This document shows, in pieces, positions 41,720 through 53,715 of a stretch of DNA of 64,000 nucleotides; within the stretch, counting starts at the first letter, position 1; every line of letters begins with the position of its first letter. The translations under genes were made by a program, and so were the position numbers. The notes under the pieces are model-generated. The model made no database searches and was not told the DNA's origin. It saw nothing but the letters and a program-made list of their open reading frames with translations. Origin of the DNA: Dipteris shenzhenensis (taxonomy: Eukaryota); the NCBI GenBank assembly GCA_047967505.1, contig CM106538.1; one strand, given 5' to 3'.

Positions 41720-44432
41720 ATGGCCGATACTAGTGAGTCACTATCTTAGAAGAAGCGATTACACCATCTTCACATCGACTTAGAAGAACAATATGCTCCA
41801 GCACAAAAAAGACGAAAGGATACGGTGCTGAATGCTCAACAGCGGGAAAATATGAGAAGAGAAGGGCTTCAACATATTGACTTATGGTGCGATGGAAGCA
41901 TATATCCAAAATGTCAAGTAAAAAACTCTACACCTCCATTTGTCAATCCCACCACATTACTGAGGTTTGCCGACGATGGACAAAATGGACTTTTTAGTTA
42001 TATTTCAGTGCAGTCTGCATTTGCAGAAACGTATAAAATGATGTACCTATAAGAAAAGGGGGCCAAGATGCAGGAGATAGCCATTTGTGCAAAATTGGAG
42101 GAGCAGTTGCAGAATGAAATTGAGGAGCATTCAAAGAGTAAAAAAGAGTTGACAAGAGCAAGAAAGAAGAGAACCGTGCTTGGAGATACACTACGTAGCA
42201 GGAAGATTAAAAACATTGCAAATTTGAAGGCTGGGACTGGTGGATGCAAGCGAAGAATTCAGGAAGCAAGGTTAGATTGAAATTTATCATTTTGTATACT
42301 CAAAAAGGCTCTCAAATGACTATATCTATTTCGTCCATTACCGCAAAACAATAATGGAGGTGCTGAATGATATTAGGAAATTATTGGAGCCTACAAAAGA
42401 AAATATGGATTCGAACCTTCTTCCTGTTAAACAAATGAAAGGATTGCTTTCTTGTGGTGTAGCAAAAGGTTTGATTGAGGAAAAAAAATACAAAATAGTC
42501 AAACGCAATGTTGTAGAGGACTTTGTATCCAATAATCAAGTTGATGGCACTACAATCCAAGAGGCTCTTGATGTTAGTGGAGTTAGCAGGAAGGGACATA
42601 GTTCGATTTTCCATGCGATATCCTCAACTTTGAAAGATCAAAGGATTAAATGAGTTTTACTGCCAAATCCAGCAACCGTGTGGAGGATAAGAGGTCATTT
42701 GAATGAAAGTATAGATGAATTTATTGGGCAATATATCCATATTGAAGAAATATTTCATGGTGGTAAAGGAACCACTATGTATGATTCTTGGAACAATATA
42801 TTTATAGATCTACAACAACTTCAAAGAAGAATGGTCGAGTTTTATGGAATAACATTTGAGGAGTGCAAAGGCATTTTGAAATTTGTTATCAAACTAGATG
42901 AGTGTGAGGTTGTAAAGGAAAAGAAAATGGAAAGAGTTACTATTACATTGATGAATGGAGCAATTGATACATCATTGACTGAAGCGAGTTTGAAGTATTT
43001 TAGTGTGCAGTCGGAGAAACACATATGGTGGTTAGGCTTCCAGGTATGATCATTTTTTGTTTTGTACCTGATTTTGGTCATTGTTTTCAAATCTGTTATA
43101 GTAAGACTTTTGTTTTCTATAATCTGGCAGGTGAAGACGAAGACCATGAAACACTAGATTGGGTGTTTCACCACACAGAAATACCGAGAATAATCAAAAG
43201 ACAAGTGCAAGGCGAGAATCTCCATGTTGCAGGAAAAGGTGATTTTCAAGTACAGTGGCACATGGCCGGGGATCTTAAAACACTTAAGTGCATGTATAAC
43301 GTTAGTAAAGGAGGCAACAACTCAAAGTCTCCTTGTCTTTACTGCAAAGAATCAGCTCAAGTAATGGATTCCAAATGGTGGAAGAGAGCACCTAATAGAG
43401 ATAAAGTTGACCCTGACTTCAAGGCCATTTTGGACATTCCACTATGTAATGTTCACATTTGCACATTGCATGGTCTATGTCGAATTATTGAGAAATTGGT
43501 ATTTTTGTATATTGGATTTGCTTGGAAACTCCGTCCCGAAAAAAATAGAAAGGATGCTATTCAAGCATTGGAAAAAGTGTTATCTGATATAGGTCTGCAT
43601 GGAGGAGATGTTCAAATCACAAAGGATTTTAAAGAGTCTACCAATGGCAAGGAGGTAACAATCAAGCCCTCTATTGGTGGTGTTAAGGCAAGAAGATTCT
43701 TGTCTTGACCCAAACACAGTAAGCAAGTAAGGCAAGGTAGAACAGTTTCAAAGATTAATTATGGTTTGTGGAAGCAAGTCCATAATGCTGTGAAAGATCA
43801 TGAGGCAGATGGGGAAGCACGAAATGTGAAGGCAGAGGTGTGGAGGTCTCTTGATCAACTCTTCATGTTCTGTGACAAAGTAACATGGACAAAGAGTGAT
43901 TACAAGAACTTTGAGGAGGCAATTAAACACTTTGGTAAGTCAATGAAAGACACATGGACAGCCTGCAATATAACTCACTACATGGTAAGGTCCTGTCTTC
44001 TTCTTTTACTTAAGTGTGATCCTCTTTTTTTTATCACTTACTATGCATTCTTTTGTCTTACAGCATATCATCTACAACCACCTTCCGTATTTTGTCAAAA
44101 AGTATGGATGCCCAGCAATTTGGTCTACCCAAGGCATGGAGAAGTCTCACTACATGGCACGTAATGCATTTTTCAGACACACACAACTCTATGGAGGGAG
44201 TCAAAAGGCAAATATTCTGAAGGAAGTCTTCCAATGGTTTTAGCAAGGTATACTACAGAGGCTGCATGCTAAAAGAAAAGTTGCTAGCTCCAAAATCAAG
44301 CTTGCTTTTCTTCTAGCCCAAAAGCAAAGACGAAGACAAACTCTAGACAATTCAATGGTAGCAGAGAGACATAGACAATGGAGGGAATCAAAGATATTTA
44401 GAAACCATAAATGGACAAGTAAACATGAATAG
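41720..44432 (+). pseudogene. RAG1/Transib-like DDE transposase (introns ~42272-42346?, 43044-43130, 43985-44063; several stops and one frameshift)
   Basis: D (IKLDEC, 42897), DHETL, D (AGDLK, 43271), CLYC (43334-43345), TLH, GVKARRFL, spliced ITHYMHIIYNHLP, WSTQGME (E at 44139). Confidence 0.85.
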
Positions 44433-44775
44433 GACTCATTTGTAACTTATTGGTGTTATGTCCACATGTTTTCAAACTCAATCAATAGAATTTTTTTTTG
44501 TGGAGCAAGTGACTCTTGGTGTTATGCCTATATGATTTGAGACTCCATCAACAATATTTCTTTTGTGAAACATGTGATCTAAACGTAATACAATTTGTTC
44601 ACAATTTCAATATATTGTTTGTTTAATATTAAATGACACCACTCTATCTAAATATACAAATCATTTCATCTTCAACTTATTGTTCATTTATACAAGATCA
44701 TACCAGACATCAAAGACTTTGTACAAATCAACTCAACTTCAATATAATGTTTATGCTATATTTGATGACTAAATC

Positions 44776-46740
44776 CTATTTCTCCCAGGGCCTGCCGATC
44801 GGAACTCTCTTTTTGATCTTGATTGGAGTCTTTTTCTTCCTTATTAGCTTGATGTTGACTGTCTGTTTATCAATGCTTGCCTCTGTCCCTTGTCTGGGAG
44901 GGGTATCCTTTTCTTCAGCTGTCTCCACGTGTTCTTCTTCTTGGATTGTGTCGCCTGATGCAATCCTGGGTGGCTCTCGAAACCTTATGAGCTTGTGTTT
45001 TCCATAGCCCTCCAGACATTTGGGCTCCTTAACACCACATGCTAATGCATAAGAAGTGTAAGACAAAAAGTAAGAGGCCCTAGAGGCCTGCTTATTCACA
45101 TAATCTCCAAATATATCTATGGCAGACAACCTCTCTATCAAAATGATCTTTTCCTTTTGCCATGAAAGATCATGTCCACCTAAAACCCTGGACAAACATT
45201 TTAAGAAGTAAACAATGGCTTCTCCATTGTTGCTCAACTGCCTATGGTAAATCAAGATCTTAGCACTGCCTAGATCATGAATATAATGAACTAGGCTTGA
45301 CAGCTTGCGAAACCCAACCGTCCTGATTCCACTTGATCTCTGGAGGAATGTGTCATCCTAAATTTGTAGCTGCCACATATCAAAGATTGGAGTGAGACAA
45401 TACACAACCTACAAAACATTTAAGCAGAAGACAAAGTATTTGATTTGAAGTACCTTCTCATTTTCATCAGCAACAAGCAGTTCATATTTCCAAAGATTTA
45501 TTCCTCTCCCCTCCAATCCAGCCTCTTCTTTAAGCTTTTCCGTGTATAGTGCTGAGAGATTCATAGCTTCCTGTGTGAGCTGGAAGGCAGCTTCATCTGG
45601 CTCTTGGAACTTTTCAGCCTCTTTGAAACAAAAAGTAAGGGCCTCTGCATGATCAAAAATTGTTTCCAAAGCTAGTAGTGAATGGTCATCCTCTATGCCG
45701 ACCTCCTTGTCAAGCCTTGAAGCCTGGGCAATAAGGGAAATGGCATAATCCTCCCTCAAATTGAACATACACTCTATATCATGGAGGAAAACATAATCTT
45801 TTCCACCAATCAAGACACCTGGAAGCATGGGCACTACATAGTTGCTGCTCTGAACATCAAAATCTTCAACTGGCTATGCTCCCCTAAGAGTTTTTGTCCT
45901 CAGTTGAACAAGGTCAAGAGCAGCCACTTGCGACCCCTCATCCTGAAGGTTGATATCTTCTTCTTGCTCTCCCATTTCTGTTACCAAAGGAACATCCTCT
46001 TTTTCCTCTGCTTCAGATGTGTCTTCTTCTTCAGTCTCCTGCCCTTGTTCATCCAGAGAGTCCTAACTGAAGACAATGTACATAAGGAATGCCATGGTTT
46101 CCTCAAGCACTCTACACTTTCTAGTGTGCAAGTTACAGTTGAATTTATATTGATCAGGCAGGCTGTCCAATCTTCTATTCATATGGTACCTCAGCCTGTC
46201 AATGGAGACAATATGATTTATATGCACAAAAACCTTTTCACCTTCCACAATTCTTCCTGCCTCTGTCAGTTCTTTGAAGGTGTCCCAATGGTCTGAAAGA
46301 AAATCTTTGTGATGCTCCAGTATAGAGCTCATTGTGAACTCCATGTTGAAAATATTGTGGTATATGTGGAAGTTACTTTGAGCCTTGCATTTGTGAAGAA
46401 ACTCAAATAGGAGCAAATCTGGAGACTTGTCCTCTTCTGGCTCCTTTTGTTTTGTGATGGAAGAATCAGCATTCTACTCCAGTCTCTTCCTTTTGCCTGT
46501 TCCAAAATTTATATACATTGAATTCTATATGCTGACATATGCAATCAGTGAATGCATAGGATAGCACCAAATAATTCCTTCATGAGCTCTCAGGACTCAC
46601 CTGGTGATTGCTGTGGTCTAATAATAGCAACAAAAAAGTCCAGCTTCCTCTTGAAAGGAGGGGCCTGGGAGTCAACTGTTCTAAAGCAAAAACATTTCTC
46701 ATCATCAAGGAAGAATTCCACAGGGCCAAAGATAGCAAAA
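44776..46740 (-). pseudogene. Unknown transposon-borne gene convergent with the transposase (acidic linker, basic C-terminus)
   Basis: Collinear minus ORFs 46063-46416, 45409-45834 and 44776-45255, joined through in-frame stops, one frameshift and an intron; 5' end uncertain, L1 inserted at or near it. Confidence 0.6.
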
Positions 46741-46766
46741 CAATGAGGTAGAAGTGAGAACCAAAA

Positions 46767-49700
46767 CTCCGAGCTCCCTCCCTCCCCTTCGTGCCCCGTC
46801 TACCCCCCCCTCACATGCTACATGGCCCCTCCCTCTCCCTCCACTAGCTGTTGCTGTGCAGCCAGTCGCCCCCTCTCCGCCACGCTCCTCCTCCTCTCTG
46901 CCATGCTCCCCTCCCCCTCTCCTCATCCTCTCTCCTCCACTCGTCACTCCTCCCCCTCGCCTCGCCACACTCCTTCACCCCGCCCCGCCTCACTCCTCTC
47001 CACCTTGCTCTGCTCACCTAACCCACCCTGCCTGTCCCGCTCCGCTCCTCGCCACCCGCCCGCTCGCTCACCTCACCCCCGCTCCGCTCACCTACCCCAC
47101 CCCGCGCTCCACTCCATGCCACCCGCCCGCTCCGCTCACCTCACCCCCTTTCCACTCACCTCACCCCATCTCCACTCCACTCACCTCACCCCGCCTCGCT
47201 CCGCTCCGCTCCACCACTCACCCCGCCTCGCACCGCTCCGCCCCGCCCACCTCACCTCACCCCCTCGCCTCGCTCCGCTCTGCTCACCTCACCTCCCCCT
47301 CTCTTTCTCCTCCTTTTTTTCCCCCGCTTCCCTTTCCCCCCTTCTTTTTCCTCCCCCTTCCCCACCTCGGGAGTTCGCAGTTAGTCAAGCGATATGGCGG
47401 CTACGTGCCCAGAACCGGTGGCCCAGACGAACCCCCCCTCCATCAGCCTATCGTGTCATATTGACAGAGCACCAGGTCTCCTTGGTGAAGCAGGCCGCCA
47501 CGGACTTCTCCCAGACATCAGTTTATGGGAGGGTCATTGGCTACTCCCCTTCACGAGCAGACATCAGGGACTGGTTGCAGTCCACCCTCTACCTCGAGGA
47601 CAGTCACATTGAGGAGGTTGCAGTCATGGGACATGGCATTTTCTAGCTTAAGCTCTCCTCAGCACAGGCTGCGAGCGACATGGTCAGGCGATCCCCTACT
47701 TCTGTGGGTGGGAAGATCATCCTCATGGTCCCTTGGTACAGGGGATTCAGTGTAGTGGACTTCGATGCCCGCTTTCGTATTCCTCGACACCCAGTTACCC
47801 CTTCCCAGGTCTCACAACCGAGCTTCGCCCGATCATCAAGGACCTGGGGGCGCACTTTGGTTGGCCTATGCAAGACACCTACGTTGATGCGGCGGTAGCC
47901 CAAGGGGTGCCACGTGTCAAGGTGGCAGTCCTTGATCCACAGAGCATCCCATCGGAGTTCGAGATAGAGACAGATACAGGTGTGGTGATGCAGCGCATTC
48001 TGGTCACTGGTCGCCCAAACCAGTGTCTGAGATGCCACGGCTTCGGGCACTAGGCTCGCTCATGTCCTCGCTTCACGGGTACAGAACCTCAGAAGACCCT
48101 GTTCAGGCATCTCAAGATACTCCGCTCTAGTCAACGACATCCCCTCCCGAATGGGAAGGCTAGACGGAAGTCAAACAAAAACGAAAGGGCAACAAAGCAG
48201 GCCCAAAAAAACCTTCCCAGCCACAGCAAGAGCCCCCTCAGATGACCCCTGCTCATCAGCAGCCCGGTAAGGGGAAGGAGAAGGGAAAGGAGAAGGTCAG
48301 CTAGCCTCCCCCTCATCCCTCATCCCGCCCTCCCCCCCCTCTCCCCTCCTCCTCGACTCTTCGACCCCCACCCCCTCCAGGATCCCCCCCCACACCAGTG
48401 GTTTCCGTGCCACTCTCTTCCTCGAGCATGGTACAGATGGAATCCCCCCCTCCACCTGCACCACCTGCAGCTTCGAAGCCAGCACAGACCTCACCCTCAT
48501 CTATCCCCCCAGGCCCGACAGTGGGGATAGGCCCTTCCCCACAGGTGGCCAGCACCCCTCCCTCCGGTTCAGACTCCTCATCGTCGTCCCCAAGCCCAAG
48601 GGCTACTCCTAGAGCTCTTCCATTGGAGTTTTACCGAGCAGGTCCTTGGGACTACTTGGATGCAGCGGGTATTGGCTCCTTTCCCGCATGCCTAGACATC
48701 AGCATCTTCTTCCTCTGCAAGGGGGCGGAGGGTAAGGTGTCCATTCTGGCTCTGCATGATGGTCCTAGCTATTCCTTCACTATCTCTAGTGAAGGGAATG
48801 AGCAATGGACGAATGAAAATGTTTGGGAGACGATACGAGACCAGACCCAGGAGCAGGTGTAGGACTGCAGAGAAGCGGAGCTTCTTTAGCAGTAGTGGCA
48901 GGAAGGTGATGTTCATCTGCGTTGGCGCCACAGTGCCAAACGTTTCTGACTCCTGGTCATTATTAGACCACCGTTGGAGTGGGCCTACGCAGAAGGGCTT
49001 CGCCCCTGGAGGACTTCAGAGGTTGCGGGCTTCTACAACATTTCCTTGGCAGAGGCGTCGAGCTGGTTAGAGAGAGCTTACCACCACGGGACAAAGGGCC
49101 TTTCCCCTCTGGTGAAGGTTTTAGAGGATGGGTCCGATGATCCGACCTCTCCTTCGAAATCTTCACAGAAGCGCCTTCGTCTCCACACAGGACATCCTCC
49201 GACCACTTCGACTTCGACCACAAGCAGACAGCTGTTTGTGGCCCACCTTCCCTCCTCATGAGTTTATGCATTATCTCTTGGAACGTTAACGGGTTCCACT
49301 CATCAGGAGATGTGCTCCTACTACAAGAACACAAGCTTTCGGCTTCACAGACCAGTATTTGTGGGAAGGTCCTCACAGGATGCTCCCACACCTATTGGGA
49401 ACCTTCGATTGGCGAGCAGGGGAGAAGCGGGGGTGTCTGTACCTCCATCGACACTTCTCTAGTTCAACATGTGTTTGGTTTTGGCACTTTGATCCCAAGA
49501 CGTGCGCTTTGGGTGGGCCTGCATATTGAGGGATCCCGCATTGGCATCCTCAATATCTATGCCCCGACTGATCTCAGACGTTTTTGGAGATCCTTGACAG
49601 ACCTGTTGCCAAAAATGGACTCTTGGATTGTAGGAGGGGACTTCAACAACCTCGAGACCTTAGAGGATCAGTAGGGACGGGGCCCAGAGTTCCTCGGTAT

Positions 49701-52700
49701 AGCTCAGGCAGAGCAGGCAGATTGGGACTCCTTCCTCTTTGTAGTGGGAGGTCGGGACAGTTGGAGGGAGCCTTCCTTTCATAGATGGCCTGGGAGTTTG
49801 GACTTCTCTTGGGGTTACAGGAGGGAGGGAGGCAGACTCTTGGAGCGGCTGGACCGTTTCTATGTTAGTAATTGGGCGCTTGGCAGAGGAGGAGAGTCAG
49901 GAGTGGTTCCAGGGACGACACTTTCAGACCATGCCCCAGTCATCTAGTCTTGGACTCCGGCCTCTTAGTCCTCACCTCCACGTTCATGCCGGATCCCAGA
50001 TTCCATCTACACCAGAGCAGCAGTTCACAGCAGAGGATAGTGGACCTTTGGGAGCAGGAGTGGGACCCTACCAGGGATATGGCAGCACAGGTAGCTCAGG
50101 CACTTGCTGAGTCTAGCCACATTTGCCAGCAGGAGGTGATTCAAGTCAGACAGCGGTGTTGGGCGCGGGAGAGGGGTCTCAGACGTGATCTCGCCTTGAT
50201 TCAGAGGATGCAGCAGTCTTCTCCAGGCTTTGAGGAGCTCAGACAGCAGGAGGTTCGGGCCCAAGCCATGCTAGAGGAGATCACCCAGCGTCGCTCAGAG
50301 TTTTCATTTCATGCTTCCAAGTCCTTCTGGGCTAGGAAAGGCGACAGGATGTGTAGAGAGTTCTTCAGGACTCATGGACAGAGGTCAGCAGGGGAACAGC
50401 TCCGGTCTCTTAGGGCGTAGGATGGTAGTGTTAGGACAGATCCAGATGAGGTCCAGGCCTTAGCGACAAATTTCTACAGATCATTATTCTAGCAGGAGCC
50501 CCCAGACCCTCGTGGCCGCATTTGCAGGGAGGAGGTGTGGAGATCTACACCGAGACTCGTGCAGCCCAGTATGCGTGACACCCTTCTCGCACCTTTCACT
50601 ATTGTGGAGATGCAGGATGCGGTGAGTGCTATTGATGGGCAGAAATGCCCAGGTGAGGATGGCCTCTCTAGAGCTTTCTTCACCACCTTCTAGGAGCAGA
50701 TCCACCGGCCCTTGCTCGCAGCCTTCCAGCACATCTTCTCCAGTGGGCAAATGCCAGAGAGCCTTGCGACAGGCCTGATTTGCCTCTTCCCCAAAGGCGG
50801 GGACTGCCAGGAGATCAGACAGTGGCGCCCAATCACCCTCCTCCCGATCGCCTACAAAATCCTTGCCAAGATGATCAGCAGTCGCATCCGCCCCCTGCTA
50901 CATGACTTGATTCATGACACCCAGACTGGTTTTGTCCAAGATCGCAGCATCTTGGACAACATCTTCACTTTCTCAGAGGCGACGGAATGGGCCCAACACA
51001 ATGGCCAGCACCTTGCCATACTCCTCCTCGATTTTGAGAAGGCGTACGATAGGGTAGACTGGTCCTTCTTGGAAGGTACACTTGCTTGACTCGGTTTCCC
51101 GGATGAGTGGATCAGAGGTATTGATAGCCTTTACAGATCGGCCTCTAGTCGGGTTATCATTAGCGGCAGGATGGGGGAGAGATTCACGCTCGAGCGCTCG
51201 GTGCGTCAGGGCTATCCATTAGCGCCCTACCTCTTCCTATTTTTTGCAGAGGCCATGAAACACTTCCTTCGAGCTCGTACCACTAGTCTTCGCGGGATGC
51301 GTCTCCCTATTCGAGAGGATGCCAAGCTGCTGGACTCCGAGTATGCAGACGACACAGCCCTATATGTGCAGGATGATGTCGAGTCACTGGAGCGAGTGAG
51401 ACTGTCCCTAGAGATTTTTTGCCTTGCGACTGGGGCGAAAATCAACTGGCATAAGTCAGTTGGTTTTCTTATGGATCCGGGAGCCAGCTCACAGTGGGGT
51501 ATTTTCCTGGGGTTTCGCTGGATCCCTAGAGGATAGACGACACGTTACCTGGGATTCTAGGTAGGCCTGGACATCACACCGGCTCAGCAGTTCTTGCTGG
51601 TCCTAGCCTCCATACGATGGAAGCTTGCTTTCTGGAGCACGGCTCGACTTTCCTTGGCAGGCAGGGCCCTTGTGGTCAACTAGGTCCTTCTTGCCACTGC
51701 TTGGTATGTGGTCTCTTGCTGGTGTTTCTCGAGGTCTTGTGTAGCCCAGCTGAGGAGACTGGTGCGGAACTTCCTATGGTCTGGTTCAGACGGTTCCGGC
51801 ACCACCAGAGCTAGGGTCGCCTAGCAGACGGTCATCCTCCCCCAGACAGAGAGCGGCCTCGGCATCATAGATCCAGAGCTGCAGAGTCAGGCACTTCTTG
51901 GCAAGCTAGTCATCCGCGGTCTGACCCCAAGAGGACAGACGTGGAAGCTCTTGCTACAGCATGGTCTCAGTGGGTGTACTCCCCAGAGAGGGGGTGTTTG
52001 GCAGCCTTCTATCTGATGGATCTTCACTTAAGCTCCTTTGACTCAGCCCCGTTCCCCCTTCCTCCGTAGCCTTATTTCAGTCTGGAGGAAGTTGCGACAC
52101 AACCTCTCCCAGGTTCCCCCTAGCTACCGAGAGGAGACAGACAGACAGCCCTTGATCTGGAGCAGCCAGGTGATAGATGATATAGGTCGCCAGCTTGGAG
52201 AGAGATCCCATATCCCTTGGGCGCTCTGGGCGCATGGGCCCACGCGCTCGTTTCGGGTTTGGAGGGACGTCTACAGTCAGATGAGCCCAGGCGAGCTGGC
52301 AGCAGTAGTAGGCACGGTACGTGGGATCCAGGATTGACGAGCGGAGATTGATGCTGCCATCCCTGCAGGTTGGAGGATTCCCGCAGGCACCAAACAGCTC
52401 TTCCCGGGAGATGAGATGTGGCTAGGACAGTTCACTCCACGAGGCATTCCTTTGGTGGTGGCAGGCCTCTTCTCGGACTCTTTGGTACACTTCTTCTCCA
52501 TCACTGATGACAGTCACCTACATAGCAGAGAGGCCGTGATCGACCCCCAGCTTCCCTGGCAGCGCCTTCGCATTATAGGGCTGCAAGGGAAGACTTGGCA
52601 TATAGACCCCCTGATTATGTAGGACCAGGATTGGAGACTTTGGATATGGGAGGGCCATTCCTTGTCAAAGGTGAGTGGGACCCAGGGGAGTGGTGTTGGC

Positions 52701-53690
52701 CACCATCGGAGACCTCAGAGAACCCTACCCCCTTCTTTTCTTACAGTGCACTGCTCTTGGGGCTCTCCAACGTGGGCTACCCACACAGGCACATAGGTGG
52801 TATGCCCAGGGGATATCCTTGGTCTTTCTTTGCACTTTTTGGAAGACTCTTTGGGCTAGCTAGCATCCGAGGAAGATCTCCTACTTCCTTTGGATGGTGG
52901 CACACAAGGGGCTTCCAGTTGGCAGTTGGCTGAGACAGATGGGGCAGGAGGGGCATTGCCAGATGTGTTTTCAGGAGGAGTCGTCCCTGAAGCATTGCCT
53001 TTGGAGCTGCTCGCATGCGCAGACGGTTTGGAAGGGAATCATGGGGATCTTAGCTAGGGCTACACCCAAGCTAGGACCGATCACTTGGGGAGCCGTTTGT
53101 TGGTGCAACACTGAGCCGGGACATCACTTGGCCTATTAATTCTCTAGACAAGATCCCGTCTTTTTCATCACACAAGCCACTTGGGCATACATGGACAATT
53201 TCCCATGGCATCTGACAAAGGCAGATGCAGGAGCGATGCATCGGCACCCAGTTTGGGAGATCATAGGGAGCATCACAGGCTGGCATATCTGGACTTCCAG
53301 ATGCGCACAGACTGTTGGAGCTCAGACTACTTCTACTACCCAGACCCTAGCAGATATCTAGAGCACGATCATTCACACACTCAAGGGTCAGTGGGATCAG
53401 ATTCAGGGAGAGTCCCGGGTAGGGAAGGAAAAGAGACGACATTTCCTTCGCGACTGGGACCACCGAGAGTTATTCTTCCAGCACTCCGCTTAGAGTCTTC
53501 AGTGGCATTACGCCCCTCCACCATGGCTGTTTGTCCACTATCTGATGATTATGCCCTAAGAGGCTTGTATTTAGCATTTTGACTTCTCGGGCTGAATCCG
53601 TTTTGTGATTACAGCCCGCTGGCCTTCAGGCCTTCTTGTACTCTCGCTTTCAAGTAATATAACTAGCACTACTTTTTGCGCAAAAAAAAA
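46767..53690 (+). mobile_element. Full-length L1-clade LINE (ORF1 + ORF2), decayed by stops
   Basis: 16-bp TSD GAAGTGAGAACCAAAA at 46751-46766 and 53691-53706; poly(A) tail; ORF1 DUF4283-like plus CLRCHGFGH; ORF2 SWNVNG/GDFN/SDH endonuclease, LDFEKAYDRV, RQGYPLAP, YADD, zf-RVT CQMC..HCLWSC. Confidence 0.95.
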
Positions 53691-53715
53691 GAAGTGAGAA
53701 CCAAAAGAGACACAA

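Noticed and set aside
44776-46740. Calling gene 2 a RAG2 homolog
   Set aside because: Only the position and orientation match; no Kelch or PHD signature is visible
46754-47400. Pro/His-rich ORFs
   Set aside because: C-rich 5' UTR of the nested L1
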